A stretch of DNA of 64,000 bases from an uncultured Acidobacteriota bacterium (GCA_903845115.1 CAIMWE010000041.1:5802-69801); one strand, 5' to 3'. Counted from the first letter of the stretch, positions 35,799 through 48,967 are shown. The notes: generated by a model not told the origin, from the sequence alone. Numbers and translations: made by a program.

Positions 35799-36667
35799 TG
35801 AAGAAGCCGGTCCTCGGGCGCGGACTCGCGGCGCTGATCCCGTCCTCGCGTCCCGCGGACGCGGACAGGTCCGGGGCCCACGTCCAGATGGTCGAGCTGA
35901 GCCGCCTGGAGGCCAGCCAGAAGCAGCCGCGGAAGAGGTTCGACGACCAGGGGCTCGCCGAGCTCGCCCAGTCGATCAGCGAATCGGGAATCCTCCAGCC
36001 CATCCTGGTCACCCGGGCGGGCGAACGGTTCAGGATCCTGGCCGGCGAGCGGAGATTCCGGGCGGCGGCCCTCGCGGGTCTCCAGCGCATTCCAGTCCTG
36101 GTCAAGGATGGCATCGAGGATCGGGACGAGCTCCTGATCGCCCTGACCGAGAATCTCCAGCGGCGGGACCTGACTCCCCTGGAGGAAGCCGAGGCGTTCC
36201 GCCAGCTCAGGGACGACTTCGGCATGACACAGGAGGCGGTCGCCGAGAAAGTCGGAAAGGACCGGGCGACCGTGGCGAACACCCTCCGGCTCCTCAAGCT
36301 CCCGCAGGAGATCCGGACGGCGCTCGAGGAAGGCCTTCTCTCCGCGGGCCACGCCCGCGCCCTCCTGGCCCTGCCGTCGGCGGCGGATCAGGAGAAGGTC
36401 GCCCGCGAGGCGATCCGGGAAGGCCTGTCCGTCCGCCTGACCGAGGCGCGGGTGGCGGCCCTGATGCAGGACTCCCCTTCCGCGAAGAAGAAGCGGGAGC
36501 GCGCGGCCGATCCGGACACCAGGGACGCCGAGCGGCGGCTGGAGAGAGCCCTCTCCACGAAGGTCGAGATCCGGCGCCGGAAGAAGGGGGGGGAGGTCCG
36601 GATCGTCTTCTTCTCAGAGGAGCAGCTGATCGGCCTCTTCGAACGGCTCGTGAAGGAAGTCGGATGA
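35795..36667 (+). CDS. parB: chromosome partitioning protein ParB (Spo0J)
   Basis: ParB box ILQPILVTRAGERFRILAGERRFRAA with HTH; 290 aa. Confidence 0.9.
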   Translation: MMKKPVLGRGLAALIPSSRPADADRSGAHVQMVELSRLEASQKQPRKRFDDQGLAELAQSISESGILQPILVTRAGERFRILAGERRFRAAALAGLQRIPVLVKDGIEDRDELLIALTENLQRRDLTPLEEAEAFRQLRDDFGMTQEAVAEKVGKDRATVANTLRLLKLPQEIRTALEEGLLSAGHARALLALPSAADQEKVAREAIREGLSVRLTEARVAALMQDSPSAKKKRERAADPDTRDAERRLERALSTKVEIRRRKKGGEVRIVFFSEEQLIGLFERLVKEVG

Positions 36668-37041
36668 AGGGAAAGTCGGGCGGGGTCCTGAACGGGTTCC
36701 TGGACAAGGGGGCGCGGATCGAGGGGACGCTCGTCTTCGACGACATGTTCCGGATCGACGGGCTCTTCAAGGGAGCCGTCTCCTCCGATCACGAGCTCGT
36801 CGTCGGCGAGGGGGGGACCGTCGAAGGGGAGATCCGGGTCGGCCGCCTCTCGGCCTCCGGGATCGTGAGGGGCACGGTCCACGCGAGCGAGAAGATCGAG
36901 ATCCACGCTGGGGCCCACATCTATGCCGAGCTTCACTCCCCGGTCCTCGTCGTCGAGGAGGGGGCGGTGATCCAGGGACCGGTCGAAACCGGACCGCATA
37001 TCGAGGGGAAGCAGGCCGAAGCCGACCGCAAGAAAAATTAA
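36664..37041 (+). CDS. bactofilin (DUF583 beta-helical cytoskeletal protein)
   Basis: Its ATG overlaps the parB stop (ATGA). Repetitive beta-helix sequence GTLVFDDMFRIDGLFKGAVSSDHELVVGEGGTVEGEIRVGRLSASGIVRGTVHASEKIEIHAGAHIYAEL; about 125 aa. Confidence 0.78.
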   Translation: MKGKSGGVLNGFLDKGARIEGTLVFDDMFRIDGLFKGAVSSDHELVVGEGGTVEGEIRVGRLSASGIVRGTVHASEKIEIHAGAHIYAELHSPVLVVEEGAVIQGPVETGPHIEGKQAEADRKKN

Positions 37042-37058
37042 TCAGTCGATTACTGCGA

Positions 37059-37087
37059 TTGACCCATCCTCCTGAGTGTGGCATAAA
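37059..37087 (+). promoter_or_regulatory. candidate sigma70-type promoter for the atp operon (TTGACC, 17-nt spacer, CATAAA)
   Basis: Read directly at 37059..37087, about 100 nt upstream of the first atp gene. Function inferred. Confidence 0.3.
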
Positions 37088-37185
37088 CCGCCGGCCGCGG
37101 CGTTCTCGATCCCGGACCAGGAATCCGACCCTTCTTCGCGTCCTTCCCTCGCGGGCTCGGTACGTCAAGGCGTCCGGAAAAAGCG

Positions 37186-37614
37186 ATGCAACTGCCTGAC
37201 CTCTCCCTCCTCGTCATCATGGTCGTCTTCTGGGCGACCTATGCCGTCCTCCGCGTTTTCGTCTTCACGCCGCTCGGGAAGATCCTCCGGGACCGTGAAG
37301 ACTCGGCGGCCGCCTCGGCCTCCGCTCTCGACGCAGCCGTGGCGCGCGAGAAGGAGACCCTCGCCGCGGTCGACCAGAAGCTGACGGGCGCTCGCCGCGC
37401 GGCGATGTCGGCGCGCGAGGCCGGCCGGCAGGAGGCCTCGGCCCGGCGCCAGGCGATCCTCGACGAAGCGCGGGACAGGGCCAGGGCCGCCGCCGACGAG
37501 TACCAGCGGAAGCTCGAGGCGGAGGCGGCCGGGGCGCGCGAGGAGCTGCGGCGCGGCGCGTCCGCGATCGCCGCCGAGATCGCGGAGCTCGCGCTCGGCC
37601 GCAGGGTCGCGTGA
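37186..37614 (+). CDS. F-type ATP synthase subunit b' (second b-type stator subunit)
   Basis: A single N-terminal TM helix followed by a long charged Ala/Arg/Glu-rich coiled coil; it precedes the b subunit. Confidence 0.65.
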   Translation: MQLPDLSLLVIMVVFWATYAVLRVFVFTPLGKILRDREDSAAASASALDAAVAREKETLAAVDQKLTGARRAAMSAREAGRQEASARRQAILDEARDRARAAADEYQRKLEAEAAGAREELRRGASAIAAEIAELALGRRVA

Positions 37615-38213
37615 CCTCGATGACGATGCCGATGCCGCCGCTCCCGACCCTCCGCGCGCTCGCCCTCCCGCTCTCGTCGGAGGCCGGCGGCCACGACGCC
37701 GCCCAGCTCTTCCTGGGCCTGCCGATCACCCTGTGGCAGACGGTGAACCTCGTCGCCTTCCTCGGGCTGCTCGTCTGGTTCCTCCGGAAGCCGGTCGCGA
37801 CCTTCTTCGGCGACCGCCGGAGGGAGATCGGGGAGAGCCTCCGGAAAGCCGAGGAGAGCCGGCAGCGGGCCGAGCAGCTCGCCGCCGAGATGGAAGCGCG
37901 CCTGGGCAAGCTGGACCAGGAGCTCGAGGCGATCCACGAGCACGCGAAGAAGGAAGCCGCCGCCGAGCAGGCGGAGCTCCTCCGCCAGGCGGAGGAGGAT
38001 TCCCGGAAGATCGTCGAGCGCGCCCGCGCCGACATGGACACTCGCGTGCGCCACGCTCGCAAGGAGCTCACGACCTACGCCGGGGACCTCGCCGTGGAGA
38101 TCGCGCGCGACGTCCTCTCGAAGAACGTGACCCAGCAGGACGAGGATCGGCTCCTCCGCGAAGGCCTCTCGGCGCTCGCCGGCGAATCCCCGAAGTCCCC
38201 GCGGGCCTCCTGA
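37611..38213 (+). CDS. atpF: F-type ATP synthase subunit b
   Basis: TM helix (VNLVAFLGLLVWFL) plus a coiled-coil stalk; 200 aa; overlaps the preceding gene by 4 nt. Confidence 0.75.
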   Translation: MTSMTMPMPPLPTLRALALPLSSEAGGHDAAQLFLGLPITLWQTVNLVAFLGLLVWFLRKPVATFFGDRRREIGESLRKAEESRQRAEQLAAEMEARLGKLDQELEAIHEHAKKEAAAEQAELLRQAEEDSRKIVERARADMDTRVRHARKELTTYAGDLAVEIARDVLSKNVTQQDEDRLLREGLSALAGESPKSPRAS

Positions 38214-38238
38214 CCGGACGAAACGAAGAGCGAAGACG

Positions 38239-38796
38239 ATGGCAGCCACCTTCACGAGACCGTACGTCGAAGCCACCCGCGAGACCGCCGGCTCCCTGGA
38301 AGCGTTCGCGGCCCTCGTGCCCGGGCTCGAGCGCCTCTCCGCGGCCCTCTCGGGAAGCGAGGAGCTGCGGACGCTCCTCCGGAACCCGGCCGTCCCGCGG
38401 GAGCAGAAGCGGGCGATCCTCGACTCCGTCACCACGCGGGTCTCCCTGGACGTCGTGGGGGCGAGGCTGGCGCAGGTCCTCCTCGCGAACCGGCGGATCG
38501 GCCGCCTCGCGGAGATCGTCACCGCGTTCCGGGACCAGGTCAACCGCGAGAGCCGGATCGTCGAAGCCTCGCTCACGACCGCCCGCCCGCTCTCCGAGGC
38601 CGCCCACCGGGACCTCGCGAACGCGCTCGAGGTGCGGACCGGCCGTACGATCCGGCTGAAGACGGCCGTCGAGCCCGCCCTCCTCGGCGGCTTCGTCGTC
38701 CGGCTCGGAAGCGAAGTCTACGACGCCTCTCTGGCGCACCGCCTGGAGAAAGCCAAGAACGCCCTGCACGCCGCCACCGGCAACCTCGCGAAGTAG
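38239..38796 (+). CDS. atpH: F-type ATP synthase subunit delta (OSCP)
   Basis: 185 aa with OSCP-like layout and a C-terminal ..GG.V.R.G..V.D.S......L. Confidence 0.82.
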   Translation: MAATFTRPYVEATRETAGSLEAFAALVPGLERLSAALSGSEELRTLLRNPAVPREQKRAILDSVTTRVSLDVVGARLAQVLLANRRIGRLAEIVTAFRDQVNRESRIVEASLTTARPLSEAAHRDLANALEVRTGRTIRLKTAVEPALLGGFVVRLGSEVYDASLAHRLEKAKNALHAATGNLAK

Positions 38797-38829
38797 CGGG
38801 ACCGGGGCGACGGCGAGAAAGCACGAACG

Positions 38830-40362
<1,533 letters not shown>

Positions 40363-40393
40363 GGCCGGACCGGGAAGAAGGAGCCGAGGCGGC

Positions 40394-42801
<2,408 letters not shown>

Positions 42802-42805
42802 CCCG

Positions 42806-43234
42806 ATGGAAGGAGGCCGTCCCGTTCTGACCGTCACCGTCGTGACGCCGGAAGCGGCGGTCGTCGACCGCGTGACGTGCGACAGCGTCACGCTCCCCAC
42901 CGAGGGGGGGGAGATCGGGGTCCTCCCGGGCCACACGCCGCTCCTGACCCTCCTCGGCATCGGGCGCGTCACCTGCGTCGACGGAAGCCGATCGGTGGCC
43001 GTGGCCGTCCGGGAGGGCTTCGTCGAGATCGCCGGCGACCAGGTCCGCATTCTGGCGAACCAGGCGGCGACGCCCGAGGCGGTCGACGTCGCCGCGGTGA
43101 CTCGTGAGCGGGGGGCGGCCGAGGCCGCGCGGATGCAGGTCGTGGGCGACCAGCAGCTCGACGCGGTCAACGCCGACGCCGCCTATGCCGAAGCGCGGCT
43201 CGCCCTCGCGTCGGCAGGCGGCTCGAAGCACTGA
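42806..43234 (+). CDS. atpC: F-type ATP synthase subunit epsilon
   Basis: N-terminal beta-sandwich (LTVTVVTPEAAVVD..V..V.LPT..GEIGVLPGH.PL) and C-terminal helices; 142 aa. Confidence 0.85.
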   Translation: MEGGRPVLTVTVVTPEAAVVDRVTCDSVTLPTEGGEIGVLPGHTPLLTLLGIGRVTCVDGSRSVAVAVREGFVEIAGDQVRILANQAATPEAVDVAAVTRERGAAEAARMQVVGDQQLDAVNADAAYAEARLALASAGGSKH

Positions 43235-43301
43235 CCCCGGGGGTCCCCGGCGCCACCGGCCCGGCGGATCCCCCGGATGCGCTTATCATCCCTCCACCCA
43301 G

Positions 43302-44771
43302 GTGACGACGACCGCCTCCCCCGACACGGTCCCGCCCGACCTCGCCTCGATCCGGGCGCGTGCCGGGGAAGTGCTCGCGAGGGCGGCCGGGGCCGGCAGC
43401 CGGGCCCGGGCGGTGATCACCACCGGCCAGCAGGTGGGGCTCTTCACCGGCCCGCTCCTCACGGCGGTCAAGAGCGCGGCCCTCCTCGACCTCCGCCGGG
43501 CGCTCGGGGGGGAGGGAGTCGACGCCGACGCGATCTTCTGGTGCGCCTCCGAGGACCACGACCTCGTCGAGGTGACGCGGATCCTCCTTCCCGGGCCGGA
43601 CGGGCCGAGGGACCTCGGGCCGGATCCGGCGCCGCTGGCCGCGAACCGGCATCCGGTCGGGCCGCTGCAGCCCCAGGTGGACTTCGGCCGGATCGCGGAC
43701 GAGGCGGTGGGAAGGGAAGAAGGAGCCCCGTTCGGGCCCGACGCCCGGCAGTTCGCCGCGCTCGGGCAAGGGAGGAGCTACTACGAAGGTTTCGTCGCGT
43801 CGCTCTCGTGGCTGCTCGGGGACCCTCCCCTCGTCTTCGCCGACGCGGCGGCCCTCGGGGACAAGCCCGCCCTCGTGCCGCTCGCGGTCCGCCTCGTCCG
43901 GGAGCGGGAGACGGTCCGCCGGCTCCTCGGCGAGCAGGCCAGGGAGCTGGAGGCGAGGGGCCTGCCGCTGCAGGTGACGGCGGAGCCGTCCGCCCTTCCC
44001 CTCTTCGCGATCGTCGGATCGACCCGGCACCTCCTCCGGGAGGACGGCGGCGCCTTCTCGCTGAAGGGGGACGAGTCCCGGACCTGGAAGGAAGACGAGG
44101 TGACGGACCGCTTCGAGTCAGGCGAGTGGAAGCCCTCCTTTTCGGCCCTGACGCGCCCCCTGGCGACCTCGTGGCTGCACCCGGTGGCAGCCACGGTCCT
44201 CGGACCGGCGGAGGTTGCCTACTGGCGGCAGATGCTCCCCCTGTTCGGCTGGGCCGGTCTCGTCCCCCCGTGCATCGTCCCGAGGCCGTCGGTGGTCCTC
44301 CTGGGCCGGACCGACCGGAAGCTGGCCGAGCGGATCGGCCTGCCGCTCGAGGAATTCCTCGCCTCGCCGCTGGAGGCTCGCCGGGCGCGCGCGGCGGCCC
44401 GGCACGCGGAGCTGCTGGCCCGCCTCGCCCCCGTCGAGAGCGGCGCCAGGGAAGCTCTCGAGTCGCTGCGCCCCGCGTTCGTCGGCCTGGACGCCTCTCT
44501 CGGGAAGGGTCTCGACGCCACCACGCAGAACATCTCCTTCGCCATCGGGAAGCTCCGGGAGCGGGTCCTCGCGGCCGCGGCGCGCGCGGACGAGGCGTTC
44601 GGCCGGGACGTCGACCGGCTGGCCGCCTCCCTTCTCCCCGGCGGGAAGCTGGCGGAAAGGGTTTACTCTCCCCTCGTCTACCTCCCGAGACACGGGAGGG
44701 AGCGGCTCGCGGAGAGGCTCCTGGGGCAGGTCCGCTGGAGCGAGCCGGGGCCACAGGTCATCGAGATATGA
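43302..44771 (+). CDS. bshC: bacillithiol biosynthesis cysteine-adding enzyme BshC
   Basis: ITTGQQVGLFTGPLLTAVKSAALL and FWCASEDHDLVEV correspond to the conserved TGQQ.GL.TGPLYT and FW.A.EDHD blocks of BshC/YllA. Start trimmed to a GTG about 43302, downstream of atpC; the ORF start at 43104 overlaps atpC. Confidence 0.75.
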   Translation: MTTTASPDTVPPDLASIRARAGEVLARAAGAGSRARAVITTGQQVGLFTGPLLTAVKSAALLDLRRALGGEGVDADAIFWCASEDHDLVEVTRILLPGPDGPRDLGPDPAPLAANRHPVGPLQPQVDFGRIADEAVGREEGAPFGPDARQFAALGQGRSYYEGFVASLSWLLGDPPLVFADAAALGDKPALVPLAVRLVRERETVRRLLGEQARELEARGLPLQVTAEPSALPLFAIVGSTRHLLREDGGAFSLKGDESRTWKEDEVTDRFESGEWKPSFSALTRPLATSWLHPVAATVLGPAEVAYWRQMLPLFGWAGLVPPCIVPRPSVVLLGRTDRKLAERIGLPLEEFLASPLEARRARAAARHAELLARLAPVESGAREALESLRPAFVGLDASLGKGLDATTQNISFAIGKLRERVLAAAARADEAFGRDVDRLAASLLPGGKLAERVYSPLVYLPRHGRERLAERLLGQVRWSEPGPQVIEI

Positions 44772-45517
44772 AGAAGACGGAAGCCGCGGTCGACGTCCTT
44801 GCCGTGGGAGCGCACCCCGACGACGTGGAGCTGGGGTGCGGCGGCACGCTCGCCTCCCTCGCCGCCCGCGGAAGGAGCTTCGGGATCCTCGACCTGACGC
44901 GCGGCGAGAGCGGAACCCGGGGAACGCCCCAGATCCGCGCCTCCGAGGCGGCGGCCGCCGCGAAGGTCCTGGGAGCCCGCTTCCGGCAGGGCCTCGACCT
45001 GGGCGACGGCGGGCTCCGGACCGACCGGGACGCGGAGCTGCAGGTGATCGAGGTGGTCCGGCGGTTCCGGCCGAGGATCGTCATCGCTCCGTTCCCGGCC
45101 GACCGCCACCCGGACCACGTCCGCGCGAGCCGGCTCGCGACCGAAGCCTCGTTCTACGCGGGGCTCCGGGCCCTGAAGGGCGGCGCGGCGCACCGGCCCC
45201 AGTCGGTCATCTACTACGCGTCGAGCTACACGCAGCAGCCGTCGTTCTTCGTCGACGTGACGGACTTCTTCGAGACCAAGATGAAGGCGATCCGCTGCTT
45301 CTCGAGCCAGTTCTACGACCCGTCGTCGACCGAGCCCGAGACGGTCCTCACCCAGAAGACCTTTCTCGATGCGATCGAAGCGCGGGCCAGGGCCTACGGG
45401 AAGCTGATCAACGTGACCTACGCCGAGGCCTTCGTCTCCCCTCGGCCGCCGACCCTCGCGGACCCGGTCGCCGCGTTCGCAGGGTACGAACCGGGCTTCG
45501 ACGGGCCGCTGCGGTGA
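44768..45517 (+). CDS. bshB: bacillithiol biosynthesis deacetylase BshB (LmbE/PIG-L family)
   Basis: VLAVGAHPDDVELGCGGTLA is the PIG-L/LmbE zinc motif. Its ATG overlaps the bshC stop (ATGA). Confidence 0.8.
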   Translation: MKKTEAAVDVLAVGAHPDDVELGCGGTLASLAARGRSFGILDLTRGESGTRGTPQIRASEAAAAAKVLGARFRQGLDLGDGGLRTDRDAELQVIEVVRRFRPRIVIAPFPADRHPDHVRASRLATEASFYAGLRALKGGAAHRPQSVIYYASSYTQQPSFFVDVTDFFETKMKAIRCFSSQFYDPSSTEPETVLTQKTFLDAIEARARAYGKLINVTYAEAFVSPRPPTLADPVAAFAGYEPGFDGPLR

Positions 45518-45533
45518 TCCGGCGCTGGGCCCG

Positions 45534-46655
45534 ATGAAGATCGGCATCACCTGCTACCCGACGTTCGGAGGCTCGGGAGTGGTCGCGACGGAGCTGGGGC
45601 ACGAGCTCGCGAAACGGGGCCACGAGGTCCACTTCATCTCGTACGCGCTTCCGTCCCGGCTCAACGTCTTCGCCGAGCGCGTGACGTACCACGAGGTCTC
45701 CGTCCCGTCGTACCCCCTGTTCCAGTACGCGCCGTACGACCTCGCGCTCGCCACGAGGATGACCGACGTGGCCCTGCACGAGAAGCTGGACCTCATCCAC
45801 GTCCACTACGCGCTCCCCCACGCGATCTCGGCGCACCTGGCCCGCGAGATGCTGGCGCCCCACCCGCTCAAGGTGGTGACGACGCTCCACGGGACCGACA
45901 TCACCATCGTGGGGCAGGACCGCTCCTACCTCCCGATCACCCGGTTCGGGATCGAGAAGTCCGATGCCGTGACCGCCGTGTCGGAGTACCTCCGCGACGT
46001 CACGCTCAAGGTCTTCACGCCCAAGAAGGAGATCGACGTCGTCCCCAACTTCGTCGATCCCGAGCGCTGGGCGCCGGGGCGGGAATCGGCCGTGGCCAGC
46101 TGCTTCACGCACGGAGGCCACCGGATGATCCTGCACGTCTCGAACTTCCGGCCGGTCAAGCGGATCCCGGACGTGATCGAGGTCTTCGACCGGATCCGGA
46201 AGCGGACGCCGGCCCGCCTCGTGATGATCGGGGACGGGCCGGATCGGCCGGCGGCCGAGGAGCTCTGCCGGGAACGGGGAATCTCGTCCCTCGCCCATTT
46301 CCTCGGGAACACCCCGGCGGTGGAGGAGATCATCCCGGCGGCGAGCCTCTACGTCCTCACCTCGGATTCCGAGTCGTTCGGCCTCTCGGCCCTCGAGGCC
46401 CAGGCCTGCGGCGTCCCGGTGCTCGGCTATCGCGCCGGCGGCCTGCCCGAGGTGGTCGTCCACGGGGAGACGGGGTTCCTCCGGGAGGTCGGAGACGTGG
46501 ACGGGCTGGCCGACGACGGGGCGGCGGTCCTCCTGGATCCGGTCAGGGGGAAGGCGGTCGCGGCGGCCGCCCGCAAGCGGGCGGTCGAGCTCTTCAACGC
46601 CGAGGCGGCGGTGCAGAAGTACCTGGCGGTCTACGACCGGGTCCTGGCTGCCTGA
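45534..46655 (+). CDS. bshA: N-acetyl-alpha-D-glucosaminyl L-malate synthase BshA (GT4 glycosyltransferase)
   Basis: N-terminus MKIGITCYPTFGGSGVVATELGHELAKRGHEVHFIS closely matches the BshA N-terminus, and the GT4 C-terminal E..G....EA.A.G.PV motif is present. Confidence 0.82.
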   Translation: MKIGITCYPTFGGSGVVATELGHELAKRGHEVHFISYALPSRLNVFAERVTYHEVSVPSYPLFQYAPYDLALATRMTDVALHEKLDLIHVHYALPHAISAHLAREMLAPHPLKVVTTLHGTDITIVGQDRSYLPITRFGIEKSDAVTAVSEYLRDVTLKVFTPKKEIDVVPNFVDPERWAPGRESAVASCFTHGGHRMILHVSNFRPVKRIPDVIEVFDRIRKRTPARLVMIGDGPDRPAAEELCRERGISSLAHFLGNTPAVEEIIPAASLYVLTSDSESFGLSALEAQACGVPVLGYRAGGLPEVVVHGETGFLREVGDVDGLADDGAAVLLDPVRGKAVAAAARKRAVELFNAEAAVQKYLAVYDRVLAA

Positions 46656-47635
46656 CGACCGGGGCGGAGCGCCCCGCGAAAACCGTTCGAGAGGAGGGCC
46701 TCCAGCTCCCGCGCCGTCGCGCCGAGCCGCGCCACGGCGAGGAACTCCTTCCGGAGGGTCGTCCGGAAGAGCCCGGGGTCGTCGGTCGAGAGCGAGACGC
46801 GAACCCCGGCGCGGAGAAGCTCCAGGACCGGGTGCCGCTCCCCGGGGAGCAGGGCGCGGGTCGCCGAATTCGACGTCGGGCAGATGTCCAGCGGAGTCCG
46901 GAGCCGGACCAGGGCCGCCACGACCGACGGGTCCTCGGCGGCGCGGAAGCCGTGCGCGATCCGGGCCGGTCCCAGGTCGTCGAGCGCGGCCGCCACCGAC
47001 TCGGCCCCCCCCCACTCGCCCGCGTGAACGAGCGGGGCGAGGGAGAGCCGCCGGACCCGGTCGAAGACCCCCCGGAATTCCCCCGCCGGCACGGACGACT
47101 CGTCTCCGCCGAGGCCGAAGCCGGCGACGCGCGGCCAGGGAGAGCCTTCGTGCAGTTCGAGGACCCGGTTCGCCGCCTCGGGCCCCCACTGCCGGACGGA
47201 GTCGAGAAGGACGACGATCCGGCGCCCGGACGCCCTCTCGAACCCAAGGAAGACAGGCTCGATCGCCGACCGGACCGCCGCCCAGTCGAGCCCGATCCTC
47301 TCGATCACGGCGGGCGACACGTAGACCTCGGCGTAGGTGATGTTCTCCCGCGAGAGGCGCCGGACCAGGTCGCGGGCGACGGCCGCGTAGTCGGCCGGGG
47401 CCTTCAGGCACCGGCAGACGTCGCGGTAGAGGGCGAGGAAGTCCCGGAAGTCGCCGGCTCCCTGCCTCGCCCGGACCGAGGCGAGGTCGGGGAACAGCGG
47501 TTCGCGGAAGCGCCGGGCCAGCCGCACCAGGGTCGACGGCGCGATCGCCCCTTCCAGGTGGAGATGGAGCTCGGCCTTGGGCCGCGCCCCGAAGGCCCGG
47601 AAGAACGAGCGGACGCCGGGAGAGAATGGGGGCAC
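46631..47635 (-). CDS. add: adenosine deaminase
   Basis: PKAELHLHLEGA at the N-terminus and C-terminal metal-binding region SLSTDDP; about 335 aa from an in-frame GTG at about 47635. The upstream 450 codons of ORF 46631..49006 are antisense to other genes. Its 3' end overlaps the bshA 3' end by 25 nt (convergent). Confidence 0.78.
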   Translation of the reverse strand: MPPFSPGVRSFFRAFGARPKAELHLHLEGAIAPSTLVRLARRFREPLFPDLASVRARQGAGDFRDFLALYRDVCRCLKAPADYAAVARDLVRRLSRENITYAEVYVSPAVIERIGLDWAAVRSAIEPVFLGFERASGRRIVVLLDSVRQWGPEAANRVLELHEGSPWPRVAGFGLGGDESSVPAGEFRGVFDRVRRLSLAPLVHAGEWGGAESVAAALDDLGPARIAHGFRAAEDPSVVAALVRLRTPLDICPTSNSATRALLPGERHPVLELLRAGVRVSLSTDDPGLFRTTLRKEFLAVARLGATARELEALLSNGFRGALRPGRQAARTRS

Positions 47636-48100
47636 GTGGACGGATCGTACGCAAAGAGGAGGGACCCGGTCGAGCGGAGCGGCCGGGGACCGATCCTGGT
47701 CGGGGAACGGAGCTGGAAGAGGGGAGCGGCTCTCGGGCTGGACCTGCTGCTGCTGGGGGGAGGCCCCCTCTTCCTCTCGACCGCGGCCGTCTTCGGGGCC
47801 CTGCTCGCCTACGCGGAGCCGTCGCCGTTCCTCCCCTGGGTCTTCCGGGGTGCCCAGGCCCTCTTCCTCGTGACGTTCCTCCTCCGGGACAGCCTGGACG
47901 TCAGCCCCGGGAAGCGCCTCTTCGGCCTTCGCGTCGTCCGGCTCGACGGGGGACGGGTCACCCCCCTCGATTCGTTCGTCCGGAACCTCCCGCTCGTCCT
48001 CCCCCCCTGGAACTTCCTGGAGTGCGTTCCCGCCCTGACGAGAGAGGACGGGCGGCGCTCGGGAGACCGGATGGCCGGAACGAGAGTGGTGGAGGAGTAG
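47636..48100 (+). CDS. RDD family membrane protein
   Basis: RDD-type layout (R..A.LLD.L, two TM segments, ..RLFGLRVVRLDG.). GTG start about 47636. Confidence 0.58.
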   Translation: MDGSYAKRRDPVERSGRGPILVGERSWKRGAALGLDLLLLGGGPLFLSTAAVFGALLAYAEPSPFLPWVFRGAQALFLVTFLLRDSLDVSPGKRLFGLRVVRLDGGRVTPLDSFVRNLPLVLPPWNFLECVPALTREDGRRSGDRMAGTRVVEE

Positions 48101-48154
48101 GGCCGGACGAAACCTTTCTCCCCGTTCTTCCGTTCCTGAGGGGGAGAAGAGGAA

Positions 48155-48967
48155 ATGGCCAAAACCCGAACCCTCATCCTGATCCCCGCCCTCGCTGCCG
48201 CGCTCCTCGTCGGTGCCGCTCCGGCCAGGAGCGCCGAACCGATCTCCGAGAGATTCGAGAAGACCTACGACCTCAGCGGGATCCACCGGGTCCGTCTCCA
48301 GAACGTCAACGGTCCGGTCCGGGTCTCGACCTGGGACAAGGAGCTCTTCGGGCTGGAGGCCGTCAAGAAGGCCCGCGGGAGCCGGGCCGAGCAGAACCTG
48401 CGGGACACCGAGATCCGCGTCCAGAAGAGGGGAGACTCGATCGACGTCGAGACGATCCTCCCCAAGAGGGGCCGCTGGTTCGGCCTCTTCCTCGGCGACC
48501 CCAGCGGGGCGGAGGTTTCCTACGAGCTGAAGCTCCCGCCCGCCGTCGTGGTGGAGGTCGAGACGGTCAACGGGAAGGTCGTGGCGGAGAGGAGGACTGG
48601 GTCGCTCTCCCTCAACACGGTGAACGGGTCGGTGCGCGTGGAGTCCCACGACGCGCCGCTCCGCGTCAACACGGTGAACGGCTCCGTCGACGTCGCCTTC
48701 GTCGACGGCCTGAGACAGTCGGACCTCGAGACGGTCAACGGGTCGGTCGTGGTGGCCTGTTCCCGGACCTCCTCGATCCGCTATCAGCTCCAGACCGTCA
48801 ACGGCCGGATCCGGTCGGAGCTCGAAGGGCTGACCGTCGAGGGGAAGTGGGGCCCGAAGGAGGCCCGCGGGACGGTGAACGGCGGCCGGGAGCGGCTCTC
48901 CGTGGAGACCGTCAACGGGGAGATCCGGCTCGTCTGTCCGGAGGAGAAGGCCGGCTCGAGCCGATAG
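48155..48967 (+). CDS. secreted DUF4097-like beta-helical repeat protein (putative adhesin/stress-module component)
   Basis: Signal peptide MAKTRTLILIPALAAALLVGAAPARSA, then about 8 repeats of the ETVNGxV / NTVNGSV motif at roughly 20-residue spacing. Confidence 0.68.
   Translation: MAKTRTLILIPALAAALLVGAAPARSAEPISERFEKTYDLSGIHRVRLQNVNGPVRVSTWDKELFGLEAVKKARGSRAEQNLRDTEIRVQKRGDSIDVETILPKRGRWFGLFLGDPSGAEVSYELKLPPAVVVEVETVNGKVVAERRTGSLSLNTVNGSVRVESHDAPLRVNTVNGSVDVAFVDGLRQSDLETVNGSVVVACSRTSSIRYQLQTVNGRIRSELEGLTVEGKWGPKEARGTVNGGRERLSVETVNGEIRLVCPEEKAGSSR

Noticed and set aside
43235-43301. GACCCCGGGGGTC hairpin after atpC as an intrinsic terminator
   Set aside because: The loop is too tight, giving an effective 5-bp stem, and there is no downstream U-tract. 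It cannot be distinguished from chance in GC-rich DNA, and read-through into bshC remains possible.
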